A stretch of 64,000 nt of DNA from Octopus vulgaris (GCA_951406725.2 OX597816.1:93806001-93870000), one strand, 5' to 3'. Shown: positions 25,885 to 39,678, counted from the stretch's first letter. Notes: generated by a model not told the origin, from the letters alone. Translations and numbers: made by a program.

Positions 25885-26430
25885 GGTAAAGATGGTTCAC
25901 TACACCCACGCAGCATCTGGTGCTACAATATGTAAAGCAGCACAATACAAGGTCACAGCTAGGAACAGTGGTTACGCTATTGAGCCTTGGTTCGTTTTTG
26001 TCATTATGGTTCGTTACAGAGGGACAATGAAAACAGAAGTTGCAAGAAGCAAAATTTAGTTGGAGCAGGGGTCAATATGGAGGTACAAGTTATAATCATT
26101 CTTGAAGTGTACAAACGACTCCGAGGCTGGCGGTTCAAGGTAGAATACTTATTACTATGCTTGTGGGAGTAAAAGATACAAGCAGCTGTTCTATTCAGAG
26201 AAAGTGAGGAAGAAGATGAAGAGGACCGTCGACGAAATGCAGCAAATGTAGCAACAATAGCCCCACCACCACCACCACCACCACCACCACCACCACCACC
26301 ACCACCACAGAAAATGACCGGTTACACAATTCAAAGGATAATCGAGATGCTCTCAGGAGCTGGCGTTCATGAAGACGAAGAGCATTCTCCAAGTAATATT
26401 ATTCAATCGGGTTTTGATAGTAATATTTAA
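25885..26430 (+). pseudogene. Decayed ORF of unknown family with an acidic and poly-Pro C-terminus
   Basis: One frame runs GKDGSLHPRSIWCYN...RLRGWRFKVEYLLLCLWE*...ESEEEDEEDRRRN...P13..QKMTGYTIQRIIEML...FDSNI* with only a few stops. Confidence 0.35.
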
Positions 26431-27079
26431 CATTCTCTAATATTGCTGGTATGAAAAGAACCGATTTGATAGGTGCTACTACTTTAAGACTGATGTGAAG
26501 CCAGCATTCTAGGGAAGCATTTTGGAGTAGTTTACAAATTTTATCTGTGAAACCAAATGTGTGTAAATGAATGTAAATTCTTATGCGTTATAAGACCTAC
26601 TTCCTACTTGTGAAAGAGTTTGTTGTGTTTGATTTGTGTATTATTTAGAATAGTGAATGATCGGGGTTCTGCTAATAAGAATGTTTTCTGAATTATTGTT
26701 ACATGAAAATCGTGATTGGGTTCAAAATATGTTTTACCTGTGGTTCCTTTAAATCTTGTTAGTGTTGCATCCTTTCCTGTATTAGAAATAATTATTATAA
26801 TGTTCAGTTTGTTGAGTGCTTTCAATACTAATGCATAATATTAATGACTTAATTTAGCATAATTTATTATACATTGCTTATTGCATATTATCTTGCGATA
26901 TCAGTTTCTTTACTAAACCTGTTGATTTCAGCACGGAGCCAAAGCCTCCCTACTAGAAACTAACAAAATCAACTAATGACGCAAAATAAATAACAGCAAA
27001 ATGTGTGAAAAGAAATACTTAACTTCTCCGGTTTTCTAGTTTCAATCAAGAGAGTGAATACATTTACAGGCTTAACAGA

Positions 27080-27450
27080 GTTGGAGCTTACACTGGAAAT
27101 CCTGCCAGCGTTATTAATATCAACAGGAAAATGCTGATATAAACATACACCAGAAAAAATTTCGAGGAAGGACTAAATGACCATACTTTATGATATACCA
27201 ATATACAGAGATTGCAAGATCAAGGCCAAACGACAGAATTTTTTTTTTATTATTATTTAAGGTCACCAGAAGAAAGTGCTTCCATCCCCGAATAAAGGTT
27301 TGAAAGAATGGAAATAACCAGAATGTGGGGACTGAAAACAGAAATATTCCCTATAACTATAGATGCCGTTGAAATGATTAAAAAGAGTTGCAAACAAAAA
27401 CACATTCAAAGTCCAAGGGCTTACAAGTATCTAAAGAATACAGAACATAG
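27080..27450 (+). mobile_element. Decayed Dong/R4-type LINE 3' fragment
   Basis: YKHTPEK, DIPI...KIKAKR, EITRMWGLKTEIFPI. Confidence 0.6.
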
Positions 27451-30404
27451 CCACAACAATGCATATACAGCTGTGTTCGTTTGTGCAATGAAAGCACAGA
27501 AATAAAATTTGCAAAAGAGTAATAATCTGCCCAGGTTTATGTAGTTATTCAAAGTATTCAGTTCTCAGTATTTTAGCATAATATGAATGTAGTAACCAAG
27601 ATTATCCCAAATTCATTCCTAATTAAAACAGCACCACACTCTAATTAGAAACATAACAACGGATTTGAACAGTGTGACCCATGCGTAATTAGTGAAGTGT
27701 CGTTCATTCGTTCATTTTGTGAGGAAATGTTCATAATTAGCTTTCACTCTAAGCATTTCTTACGTCTTTTCAATATCGTTAATTACTAAATTTTTATAAT
27801 TACATTAAAAATATATAAAATATATATAAAAATATATAACCACTTTTGTTTGTAAGATTTTTGCATCTTTTCTAAGACAAATAACTTGACAAAAACATTA
27901 ACATGTTCTTCACAAACAATTTCGGAAAGCAGCTCAGTAAATATGTCAGAGTGTTGCGGGTGTCAAAATATCTTATTTTTACGGTTGTTAAGAGACACGA
28001 CTCTGTCCTGTTGTTGTCAGAAACTGACACTCTCACAGCTCCTCTGACGATCAACAATATTTCATTAATTCCTTATGACTGTTTTATTTGCTTACTTGTT
28101 TGTTTTAATTTATGCCTGACTGATTACGTTGCCTGTTGCCTTCTTTTCAGACGAAGACAAACGACTAGAGAGTCCTATAAACGTCTCGAAATAAAAAGTA
28201 AGATTCGAGGCGAGGGAGAGAAACTCATGTCAATGAAGCATTGACTAGAATAGTTTTGGCCGGCGCCACACAACTTCAAGTCAATACTGGTTGGGTGGTC
28301 TGGCCATAAACCTCGTCTCGCTCTGCTAATTCAGGTGACGTAATTAAATCAGATAGAGTTTATTGTGCGCTTTTCATATTGTTGTTTCAGATCTCATTGC
28401 TGTGCTAAAGTTTCGGCTACTGCTGCTACTGTGGTTAGAGATGAGAAAAAGTTTCTACAATTACCAACAATTTATTGTATTGAATCTGAATCAATTACAG
28501 CAAGATTAACAAATAGTTTTCTGCTGTAACCAACAGCCTGTTTTAATTAACCTTTAACTATATTCGCCATAACAAATAAAACTGTTTTTTCTGTTATGAT
28601 TAATGGTATCTTAAACAGTTAGAAAAGTTGCAATTAATTTCTTAATATTTGCCTACTTTTATTGACCCATGGAGAAGGAAAATCCTATAAATATTTTTAG
28701 GAATTGAACATAGATCATAAAGGTGCAATGAATTTCTCTGCAAGGATTTTCGTTCTGTGCTCAGTGAATTTTATCCTTTCATCGTCTTTGAATCTTCCTG
28801 TGTTAAAACCCACCAACTAAACTTTTCAAAGCATTTCACACTGAAATAGTTATAGCTTTCATACTAGTAACGAACATTGTAATGTTCATGGTAAACACCA
28901 GCAAACCATGTTCGATTCCTCCTTGTGCTAATTTCATTCACTTTGCTAAATCTCTTGGTAAAAGCCACACGCCTCATTTGTCTCACATTAAGTAAACAGA
29001 AATGATCACCTATCGATGGATACTATTGATTGATCAGGAATAGTGAATCAACTGATTATATTTCACTAAGTCAAGGACTATATAACTATATTTTTCATAG
29101 CATATTATGTTGTAGGGTATATAGTTATACTGAATTACAGGTACAACTCATTTTTGCCAGCCGGTATGTTGTAGGGTATATAAGTCATAGGGTATATATG
29201 TTGTAGAGTATGTTGTAGGGTATATTGAAGTAATAAACATGCTGAATATTAATGTACGTGATATATTTCTGGGAGTAGGCGAACAGTCGGAGAATTTATG
29301 CAGTAATATAATGTAGTGTTTCGTGGAGTCATGAAATCTATGAAGCATGACAAAGGAATCGATCTCAATCCTCAACATAATTTAAATATCACCTTCTTTG
29401 TCTGTTTTTTCTTTCTATCTTTTTATCTACCTAATCCTCCCCACCCCCGTACTCCTCTGATATCACTAACTCTCTTGAAAAAACCTTGAACAGCGACACA
29501 ATCTTATTTTCTTGCATGTGACGATACCATGTACTTAAGTAAGAAGTCAATACACTCCATTGTACATTCACACACATAATTGCATGAACGATCATAATAT
29601 TATTTTTTTGTTGTATAAAACAACATTCGCAAATGCCAACTTATTGACTCTGAAAGTCTATAAAAGTCTGTATTACAGACAAGAATTGTTGTCTTAATCA
29701 GACATGCATTTCATGATAATTGAAATTTTGAAACTTGTAAATAATTACTGAGCGTAAGAGTGTCATTATATCATTCAAACAGCTAACACATGAGAGTAAG
29801 CAAAATAGTTTACTTCCGTGTTGGAAAGATATATCCATGATAGCGACATCAGTTCCAACTGATGTCGTTGAATACCACTCCGCCAAAGCGGAGCCAGCAT
29901 TACAAACACCCTATTCGACCATGTGAGCCTCTAACTTTCACAACATTAAAACACCACGTAATCTGAATTAACCAATAAAGGCCTAACAGAATTCACCTTG
30001 AATTTGTTTCAGGTCTCCCACTCTTCCCTTAATATTTGATGAGATGGACCACGAAACTTTAAGTTATCTTGGACCTGAGTCAAACTATATTACCTAAAAG
30101 TATATTGTAACTCTTAGCAAATGTGTTGAGGGCCACTTTCTTTCTTTGTGCATTCGTCTGTGTGTGGATGTGTGTGTGTGTGTGTGTGGATGTGTGTGTA
30201 CTATAGATAATTAATTTAGTGTGTGTACTATTAGATAATTAATTTATAAATCCATAAATCTTTTAAAATGTTTTAGCCCGAAGGCCGCGGCCATGCTGGG
30301 GCACCACCGCTGAAAAAAAATATGAGGTCTCACCGAGACAGATAATTATTTATTTAAACTCGGAATTTCGAAGAAAATGATAAATATAATCATATTGTAT
30401 TTGC

Positions 30405-30625
30405 GACGGTGAATTTGCAAAATCGTTAGAGCATCGGACAAAATGTCTCATGATGTTTATTCCGATAGTGCATTCCGTCCGAATGCAGCTCCTGCCGAGT
30501 TCACTCTATTTTTCATTGTTCTGAGGTCAAGAAAATAAAGTACCAGTAAAGCATAGGGTTCTATGGTATCGGCTAATCAATTCTCTACTCTCAAACCTGC
30601 TGGTCTTGTACCTAAATTAGTAATC
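30405..30625 (+). mobile_element. Old SINE copy (Meta-like domain family)
   Basis: gcaaaatcgttagagcatcggacaaaatg...ttttcattgttctgaggtcaagaaaataaagtaccag. Confidence 0.7.
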
Positions 30626-31289
30626 ATTAGTTTTGCTACATCTCACGGTACTTTGCTCCATCTCGCGTTACACTGTTTACAAACTAGTGGATTATCTGTG
30701 AAAGACATATGAATGCCCAACTGAAACAGATCTATGTCATTGAATAGATATTTCTATTTACTTCAACAATATCAGATTATTGGAAAGGGCATATATAATA
30801 ATTATAATAATTATAAATAGTGCAGTCAGTACTAAGCCCAATTGCAAGGAACCCATAGTTTCAGGTTCATTGATACTGGTAATTTGCCAATTTATCTGAC
30901 GAAGTTGTGTTGCAATGAATATCCGTTGCAATAAAAATTTTGAAACCCAATGCACTGCTGATATAAGTTAGTGATCCTTATGTGAATGTAAGTGTACGTA
31001 CGCACACGTATTAGTGTATGTGTGTATATATATATATTGCGTGTGTGTGTGTATGTGTGCGCGTGAAGCGTGCGTCCATGTGTGCGAAAAAACTTACATC
31101 CGGTTGTGGTATATTCCAACCCGGGAGGTCTACAACAGGCCTTGAACACTGACATTACATTACTAGGTTAACCAACTGATTCTCCTGCCCTCCCCCAATC
31201 TTAATCGTCGTTCTTTAATCTTCTCTGATAGTTAATGAAAACATAAATTACTTGACTGTACCTCATGTTTTCATTACTCATAAACATTC

Positions 31290-31790
31290 TTTTCAGTGTG
31301 GGACATGAATTTGTCGAACAACTCGTTAGACAGATAGGAGCCTGTGAATTTCTTAAGACACCTTTTTGACAGATACGATTCAGCAAATTTGTAAAAATTA
31401 CTTGTTAGATAAATTCAATGAGACACTTGTCTGACACTTGAGAGGTATTGAATGTGTAAAGACTTGTTTGACAGATGTCAGTCAGAGAATTTATTTAGAC
31501 TTGTTTGACAAATGTGAGAGAGTTAAAAATCATTAAGATAGCCTGTTTGATGGGTTTGAAACAATGAATTAGTTAAGACACTTGTATGGCAAGTGTTTTC
31601 CGTCACTTAATTTATTTAAGTACTTGTCTGTCGGTGAACTAACGATACTTGTTTAACAGATATACGTCAAATAATTTGTTAAGGGACTTTTATCTGTCAT
31701 ATGAGACACAACGAATTTCATTTAAATACTTGTGGGATGAGAGTCAATGGGTTTACGACAGAAGTTGTCTGACTTTGAGTTTTGACAACT
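31290..31790. repeat. Degenerate ~40 bp minisatellite
   Basis: Recurring gaatt(t/a)gttaaga(c/t)acttgt(t/c)tgacagat unit, roughly a dozen copies. Confidence 0.7.
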
Positions 31791-32324
31791 GCCTCGCAAT
31801 ACGTTTGCTAATTTTTGTTTAGCTAAGTCAACTACGGTCAAGCAGACCCATGAGCAACATGTGTCCTTCCTTTTTTAGGGTATTATTTGATGGAGATTTG
31901 CCTTCTATTTTCAGTAGGTCGAGACACATCGTAGAGAGCTCCTTGATTAATCAATGTATTTCAGACAGTGAAATGGATTGAATTGGCATGTTTGGCATGA
32001 AAGCTGTCAAACACCTTCGAAAACCCCATCCAAATGTATGTTAAAGGAAAAATATTAAATTTTTTAACCCCTTCTTAATGGGGATACAGAAAAATAGCTG
32101 ATCCCATATCAATTCATCCAATGTACATTTTACTGTATGAAATGTAGCTTTATATTATGCATGTAGATTTATACTACCATTTGAATACTGCTGTATGTGT
32201 GTGTACGTGTATTCGTGCGTATGCATATATACGTTGTGTTTGTGTGTATCTATGTGAGTGTAGATACGGTGGTGGTGAAGTGTTTGCATGTGAGTGTAAG
32301 AGCGAGTATGAATAATGTTTGCAT

Positions 32325-32722
32325 TCACAAGGCCAGCAATCTCGGGGGAGGGTGTAAATCGGTGTAATCGACACCAGTTTTCAATTTGTACACATTTTAT
32401 CAACCCCGAACGGATGTAAGGAAAAGTCAACCTCTGCGGAATTTGAACTTAGAACATAAAGACGGACGAAATACTAATAAGCATTTTACCTATTTCTTTA
32501 CTACCCACAAGGAGCCAAACACAGAGGAGACAAACAAGGACGGACAAACGGATTAAGTCGATTATACTGACCCCAGTGCGTAACTGGTACTTATTTAATC
32601 GACCCCGAAAAGATGAAAGGCAAAGTCGACCTCGGCGGAATTTGCACTCAGAACGTAATGGCAGACGAAATACTGCTAAGCATTCCGCCCAGCGTGCTAA
32701 CGATTCTGCCAGCTCACCGCCG
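32325..32722 (-). mobile_element. Two abutting SINE copies (Meta-like domain family)
   Basis: Same family as 25390-25838. Junction at about 32490. Confidence 0.9.
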
Positions 32723-32931
32723 ATTGTATCAAATATTGATGTTGTTCTTGTATAACGGTCAGGTCAGCCCGGACTGAACAATCACATAAACAATAGCATT
32801 TTTGCCATGACCATCCCATCCTTTAGGAGTGCATACGATTAAATGATCAGATAGACTCTTTTTAAGTTTATAGTGTATGATTTTAAAGACATTTGCCCAG
32901 TATTAATAGCAGGTCGAACGACCGTGTAGAG

Positions 32932-33176
32932 CAGTGGTTCACAATCAGGGTCCACATGAACCTTAAGGGGCCCAAATAAGATTTTGTTGTTAAAATTTAT
33001 GTGCAGCAGATTAATTATTCTCCGTCTATGCACAAAATATTCTTTCATGCAATTCCTAATAATATCTAATTATAAAAATATATCATTTTTAAACGATCAA
33101 ATGGTTGTGAGGGTTCATCTCAGTAAAATAAGAATTAAAGGGGTTCATAAGTAATAAAAATGGTTGGGAACCACTA
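32932..33176. mobile_element. hAT-type MITE
   Basis: TIRs cagtggttcacaa / ttgggaaccacta. Degenerate 8-bp TSD gtgtagag / atgtggag. Confidence 0.75.
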
Positions 33177-35821
33177 ATGTGGAGGTTTATTTGTTGATGC
33201 GTCAGTCTTGATTGAGTGTGTGAATGTCTGAGTAAATTTGATTACTTATGCAGATGTGATATATTATCAAAATTGAAACGGTAATGGCAGAAGTCTTTTG
33301 TGAATAGAAGCATAAAGTGCATCTTTGCCTCAATGTATACAATATATACACACTCATATCTATATCTCTGAATGACCTGATTACACATGATCATATACAT
33401 ATCATTATATGTATAATAATATTGTGTATGATAATAATGTCCGTGGGGATGTTATTTTATTTTATATCCCAAGTTGGCGAGAATAGCACAACTGCACAAC
33501 TGACTACAGGCTTTCACTGGGCTAATCACTGTATTTCTATCCACGGGAGTAAGAAAGTACTGTCTGTAAACTTGTAGACCTCTTTGAAAGAAAATAGACA
33601 CTTGCGCACACGCTCACACTTACATACACACACACATACACACCCATACATACATACATTGGAAAGCCTCACTGTGAGTATAATAAGAATGTAAACATCT
33701 TCTTTCTATATTATTTATGTGCAAAAAGTGGGAAAGCAGTCGGTTTGTTCACCGCTTTTTGAAGAAAACATTCCCGCTTTCCTTCCCCAACAAGTACATA
33801 GGTCAATTGCGATGTAAATCAATCATAAATTAGACTGGCACAACAGGGGATAGCCTATTCGGCGTATTTGCCTTTTAGACGACTCGTCACTAATTTAACG
33901 ATATCTATTTTATGCACACTACGGCGTAAATCAGACAAACGGAAATAAATTTTCTTAAGAAAGAGTTTCATGCGTAGTACTAAAGGGTCGAGGCGATATC
34001 TAACACTGATGAAGCAAAGTCACACCAAAACACCGACTTTATCAATTTGTTGACGTCCTTAGTGCGTAGCATGTATTACACACAAAGTCTATCACCGAGA
34101 TAAAATTCCGCAGCGAAAGCTATTAACGTAGTAGAGTACAGGAACGTTTTAAAAATGAAAGTAAAAATTATTACGCTGATTCTTGCTACTTATACAGAGA
34201 GAGGGAGAGAGATAGACAAACGAAGATAGATAGAGACAGACATACAAAGAGCTTGTTTGAGAAGCGGTGTTCGTCCATCTATAAGCAATATAGGTAATCG
34301 AAAGTACTCTTTCATTTTTTAAAGCTGCTGTTGTTTCTACTACTTACAATGGTAAACTGTACCACCCCAACGAATTTATTTGTTATTTGGTGAATTGAAA
34401 TAACTGAGCCTTTCGTATTTTAACCGAACACTCTAACCACTAAACTATACGTCTTCACTTAAGTGTTTACAAAATTTGACTAGAGCCATCGTGGCAGATT
34501 TTGAGTGCTAGACATGTAGAAATAGCGTCCAAATCTTCCTCAAATCATAGTCCCATAAAAGATAAATAATATGGCAGGGGTCAACGTGTGTAACGGATGG
34601 AATATTATTTCTCATAAGGATGCCCGGTGCATAACTCACAAACACCATCATTATATATCGCAGGAAGCATTAAAAAACGAGCCTGGAAAAGTTTGTGGAG
34701 AGCGGAAGCAAAAAAATATTTGTCCTTCACTAATATTATTTTAATTCCTCTACGTTCAAACATGGTCATAAAATAGAGTACCAGTCGAGTACACTGTTTC
34801 AATTAATCTACTATAACCTTTTCCATGGAAAAATCGACCTTTTGTCAATGCTAAAAAGTCAATATTATTTTAATTCCTTCGGTAAGTTTGGGAGAGTGAA
34901 ACCTACTGGTATGTTAATACTTCGGCCAAGCTACGAAGGCGTCAGTTTACTGTTACGTAACAAACAGCCTGCTGCATATCCAGAGAGAGTAGGAGAATGA
35001 AAGAGAAAGAGAGGAGGAAAGAGAGAAGAAAGTGAGGAGAAAAGGGAGAGAAAGAGAGGATCAGAAAGCGAAATAATTAGTAACAAAGGAAATATATCTG
35101 AAAGGCCCGTAGAGAGCTGTTTATTTGTTTAGTATGTCGTCAACGCCTACAGCTTCGAAATCAAATTAAATTGTTAACTCCAAGGAAACTTACCAAAGCC
35201 AACCAAACGTTATAATTCTAACCTTTAACGTAAGCGACAGGCAGAGATAGCGTTTGACAGCCAGTGTCAGTCGAGATACATGTCTAATATATCAACTAGA
35301 AAATCGTAATGCTTGCTGGACCCTGCCATCTTACTTGATGTTAGCAGCATGTTGCTGGCATTCGTCTGGAAGCATGACTGTACAAATACACACACACACG
35401 CACACACACACACATATGCATTGCATGTATGTATGTGTGTATATTTATGTGTGTGTGTGTGTGTATTGTATCACGCACAGAGATAGATAGATACAAACAT
35501 TTACATACACGCAAATGCACACACATATAAAAGCATGTGTATATAAGGAGTTTCTAAGTAGCATGCAGGCGACTTGGTAGGGAAACAATCATCAATGCAT
35601 TTAGATATGCATGTCTCTGTTTATTTTCAACCGCCTATTGCTTGCGAATGTGACTCTATGCATAGGTACCGCCGTATACGCGTGCATATGCATGAATATT
35701 TATGACACAAAATTCAGCTAAAGGTATGTATATATATCACGTTCTGTTCATCTTGCTCTAGAATTATTTTGGGCGAATAGTGTTGAAGTTATAATATCAA
35801 CTTAATAGCACTTTAACTAAA

Positions 35822-36108
35822 ACTGGCTCTCAGTCGGTTACGACGATGAAGGCTCCTGTTGATCTGCTCCTGAGTATTCCACAGACATTCGTACTTTCAA
35901 CGTAGTTCTCACGGAAATTCAGCGCAACACAGAATGTGACAGGACTGGACCTTTGAATTACAGGTACAGCTCATTTTTGCCAGCTGAATAGACTGGACCA
36001 ACTTAAAATAAAGTGTTTTGCTGAAGGACACAACGCGTCGTCGGGAAGCGAACACATGACCTTACTCTGTGTGCCAAACACTCTAACCACTAAGCCATAC
36101 GCCTTCAC
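35822..36108 (-). mobile_element. CORE-type SINE
   Basis: Reverse complement: gtgaaggcgtatggcttagtggttagagtg...gtgtccttcagcaaaacactttattt...cagctggcaaaaatgag. Confidence 0.8.
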
Positions 36109-36576
36109 TTAAATGATAACTAAATTTGACTAGAAGCCATCATGGCAGATTCTACATCATTGCTCGACCTATAGAAATAGCAACCAAATCTCCCTCAAAT
36201 CATAGTCTCTTAAAAGATGAAAAAAAATGGCAAGTGTCCACGTGTGTAACGAATGGAATATTATTTCCCGTAAGGATGCCCTGAAAGAGTTGGTTTGGAG
36301 CTACACCACAGCGAGTAAAATTCGAACACCTTATAGTAGAATCAAAAGCGAGGCGATCAACCTACAGCTCCAAGCAGAAACTAGGTGGTCCTATCTTATA
36401 ATACATATTTTCTCTTGCGTTGACTGACGGCACGGAAGTCAGCTGCGACAGTTTTATTAGCGTCGTCTAAATTAATTTAAATAACACGCGCTCAACGTGC
36501 ACCACGCCATCATTCATATACATATATGGGCGCGCCCGTACATACACATTCACATCTATCTATCTATCTATCTATC

Positions 36577-36653
<77 letters not shown>

Positions 36654-36688
36654 ATGTATATATTTATTTACGTATGTTTATATGTATG

Positions 36689-36763
<75 letters not shown>

Positions 36764-37149
36764 GGCGGAGGGAGAGAGGGAGGTATCTCCAGCTTCAAAG
36801 GTCAGAGGCAATCCGGAAAAAGGAGAGTTGTTTTACGCATACATACGCAACCAGTCAGATCATTAAAGTAAAGAAAATTAACGCACTCTCAAAGGTTAGA
36901 CCTCGCCAAACACTACTCAAGTGTGCCCCACCATTAATCCATAGTGTATTGAAGTGCTTCGAACTTCCTGCAGCTGTGGTTAAGCTCGTGGTGAGATTAA
37001 TAAGGAAATTTCACCACCAAATAGCAGAGATTCGAACAGAGCACTATACTATACATGTACTATATCTGTAACTCGTGCGTAGCTGTCATGTTCCTAGTAA
37101 CAGAAGTAGGATGAAACTCATTGCCTGAAAAGCTGGTATCAATACGCTG

Positions 37150-38290
37150 TATCCAGTCTATATAGCCTTCGTGGATGACATAACACTTCTAATACTATCA
37201 ATCCAAGGAGCATGGTAAACCCTGAGTTTACTGAAGTAGATGGCTGCATGATCACGCATAAATTCAAATCAGGAAAATCTCTGAGCTTCAGTATCCTGAA
37301 TGGAAAGCAAATAAAGGACATCTTCAGTATTCAGAGGTCTGAGATTCCAGTAATTCGGGGAAAAGGAATTTGATGCCTTGGGAAGAATTATGGAGTACAA
37401 AGACAACGGTTAAGATACTTGTGGCCCAACTAAATAACTGACTCATGGTTGTTGACAATAGCCAGCTACTCGGAAGATGTAAAGTGTATTGCTTACATTA
37501 CACTTTCATGCTCATAGTATAGTAGTCGTTCTTGCTATATGACTTTCCTATGACTCTCCACGGAGAGGACGTGCAGTAAACTCGTGCGAAGATGGCAGAG
37601 TGTTCTCCTAACCTCCGGCTCTTTCAAATAGCAAGACCTCCAAGCTCCACTTGCCAATTCATCGGTAAGACCATTGACGGGAAAGTCGGACATAAGATGA
37701 CCTTAAAAGGCGGCAGGAATTGCAAGTTCCAGGAAGTTATGAAGTACTCGAAGTACTTGGGTTTATTGGTTGGTAATCGGTCAATACGGATAGGTCTTGA
37801 GAAGTACAGCACCAAGAAACAGAGCAATTCCAAAGCGAGGAGCAAGAGAGGGCTCAGAGTGCCGAGTTTCCAAGAGGCGACAGGAGAAGATGGCTGTGTT
37901 AAAGTGGTAGAACTTTCCTGCCAGAGACAGTGATTTTAGTGGACTTAAACACTTATACAATAATTGCCCTAGAGGGATCTCTGGAATACTGAAGAGAGAA
38001 AAATGATTACCTTCATGTGTACTGCAGGTAACTCAGAATAACGTTAAAATCTGCGGCAAAGTAAATTCATACTGCTAGCTGGGTGGAGAAACTGTTTGTA
38101 CTCAGCAGCATTTGACTTATAGCACTAGGAATATATTGATCAAATGGAGATAGGATAAGTTCCTTAAGGACCTGCAGAGATTTAATGGCGGCAAGCAACA
38201 TACATCATTGCCCAAAGGCATCAGATTACAATTGGAATGTGATAAGGCATCTGAGACAAAAGCAGATGTGATGGACCTGTTTTCTATTTT
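37150..38290 (+). mobile_element. Decayed HERO-like (R2 group) non-LTR retrotransposon
   Basis: AFVDDITLL, KFKSGKSLSFSILNGK, EIPVI...CLGK, SKLHLP, KVGHKMTL, VKVVEL..Q. Confidence 0.7.
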
Positions 38291-38960
38291 GCATCAAACC
38301 TTTAAATGAGACATGCAAGTGGGGCATTTGCCATTTTAATGACAATAAATATATTTCTAGAAATTAAAGACCTGTTCTCAGGTATCTGAAAAAATTAAAT
38401 TTGCCTGAAGATCAAATGGTCCCTATATACCGATGAGTATACCGATGAGGTACTGTTTTCATGTGCCATGCCTACTGGTATCGGCAAACATGGACATCAT
38501 TGCCGAATTCTAAACATTCACAATTTGTTTTTTAATTTCCCGTTGCATTCTACCGGTTTATTTACAATTCACTCAGCTAGTTTTCTTTCGTTCCTAGCTT
38601 ATCCAGAAGGACTGGTTCACGTGACATCATAGCAAGGCCGCTTGCAGGCTGGTCTGTGGGATACAAGTCTTGAGGCCAGGGCTCAAGTTCTGTATGCTTT
38701 AGCCAGGCCTGGCACCTCCACCCCGTGGTAGAGAGGACTTGAAGGTAGTTGAGGCTTTGGGGTAACTTCATATACCTTCAAACTCCAGAATTGGAGTCTC
38801 AATAGATGCAAATTAATTATCAAAACTAACTGTTATTTATTGAAATTTCAATAATTTGCCTCACGTAGGTAGGGGTGAAAGGAAGAGAGCTTTTTACTTT
38901 TACATATATCGCAGGATTATGATTATATTATGAAATTTATGCACATGTGCACTCACACAC

Positions 38961-39013
<53 letters not shown>

Positions 39014-39091
39014 TATAGAGAGAGAGAGAGACAGACAGACAGACAAACAGACAGACAGTCAGAGAGAGAGATTTCTATTTATTGTGTATAC

Positions 39092-39134
<43 letters not shown>

Positions 39135-39137
<3 letters not shown>

Positions 39138-39601
39138 CCATCGTCCATCTTTCTTTTCCTCGCGTGACCATCTTTCGTTTCCTGCACGGACGTTTAAAAG
39201 AACGGACGTGTTTTTCTCTTTCTTCTCTCTTTTCTCTTTAAAAGTAAATGTTCCCCCAGTGTTCACTATTTTCCTCTCGTCCTGGTCTAACGATCCTCCA
39301 TGTTTCTTTTCGTTCGGTTTCCTTGTATGTCTCCGTCATTTTTTTGTTCCTAGCTTTGACCCTCCATAAATCCTAAATTTTATTTTAGAATTTATGGGAG
39401 CAACTGTCTTTGAAGTCTCATATTGTTGTTAAATTCTCGAAATGAGGAGTAGATAGACAGCTGGCAGCTGATGAAGGGTTTTTTCTCTGTGTTTACTTGT
39501 CCTGTTTTCCAGTTTTCTCGTTGTTTACGTATTTCACTCGTTTTTCCCTCGTTTGTTTACGTATTTTATATTATTTGCACCGTTGGTGACGTTCTGTACC
39601 C

Positions 39602-39603
<2 letters not shown>
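39135..39603 (+). mobile_element. (TA)n-embedded non-autonomous element, family B
   Basis: Pyrimidine-rich non-coding insert between (TA)n and (TATG)n. 3' end cgttctgtacccat resembles the family A end cgttcttgtcccat. Confidence 0.65.
39358..39480 (+). ncRNA. Candidate permuted hammerhead ribozyme (family B)
   Basis: GACCCU-[hairpin]-GAG-caa-CUGUCU-uu-GA-agu-CUCAU-A-UUGUUG..CUC-GAA-AUGAG-ga-GUA-GA-U-AGACAG-c-UGGCAG-CUGAUGA-AGGGUU. Confidence 0.55.
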
Positions 39604-39634
<31 letters not shown>

Positions 39635-39678
39635 TGTATGTATGTATGTATGTATGTATGTATGTATGTATGTATGTA

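Noticed and set aside
26925-26940. REST/RE1 site (ttcagcacggag)
   Set aside because: Only the left half-site is present, and the spacing and right half do not match.
31290-31790. CRISPR array
   Set aside because: Units are degenerate, there are no unique spacers or cas genes, and the context is eukaryotic.
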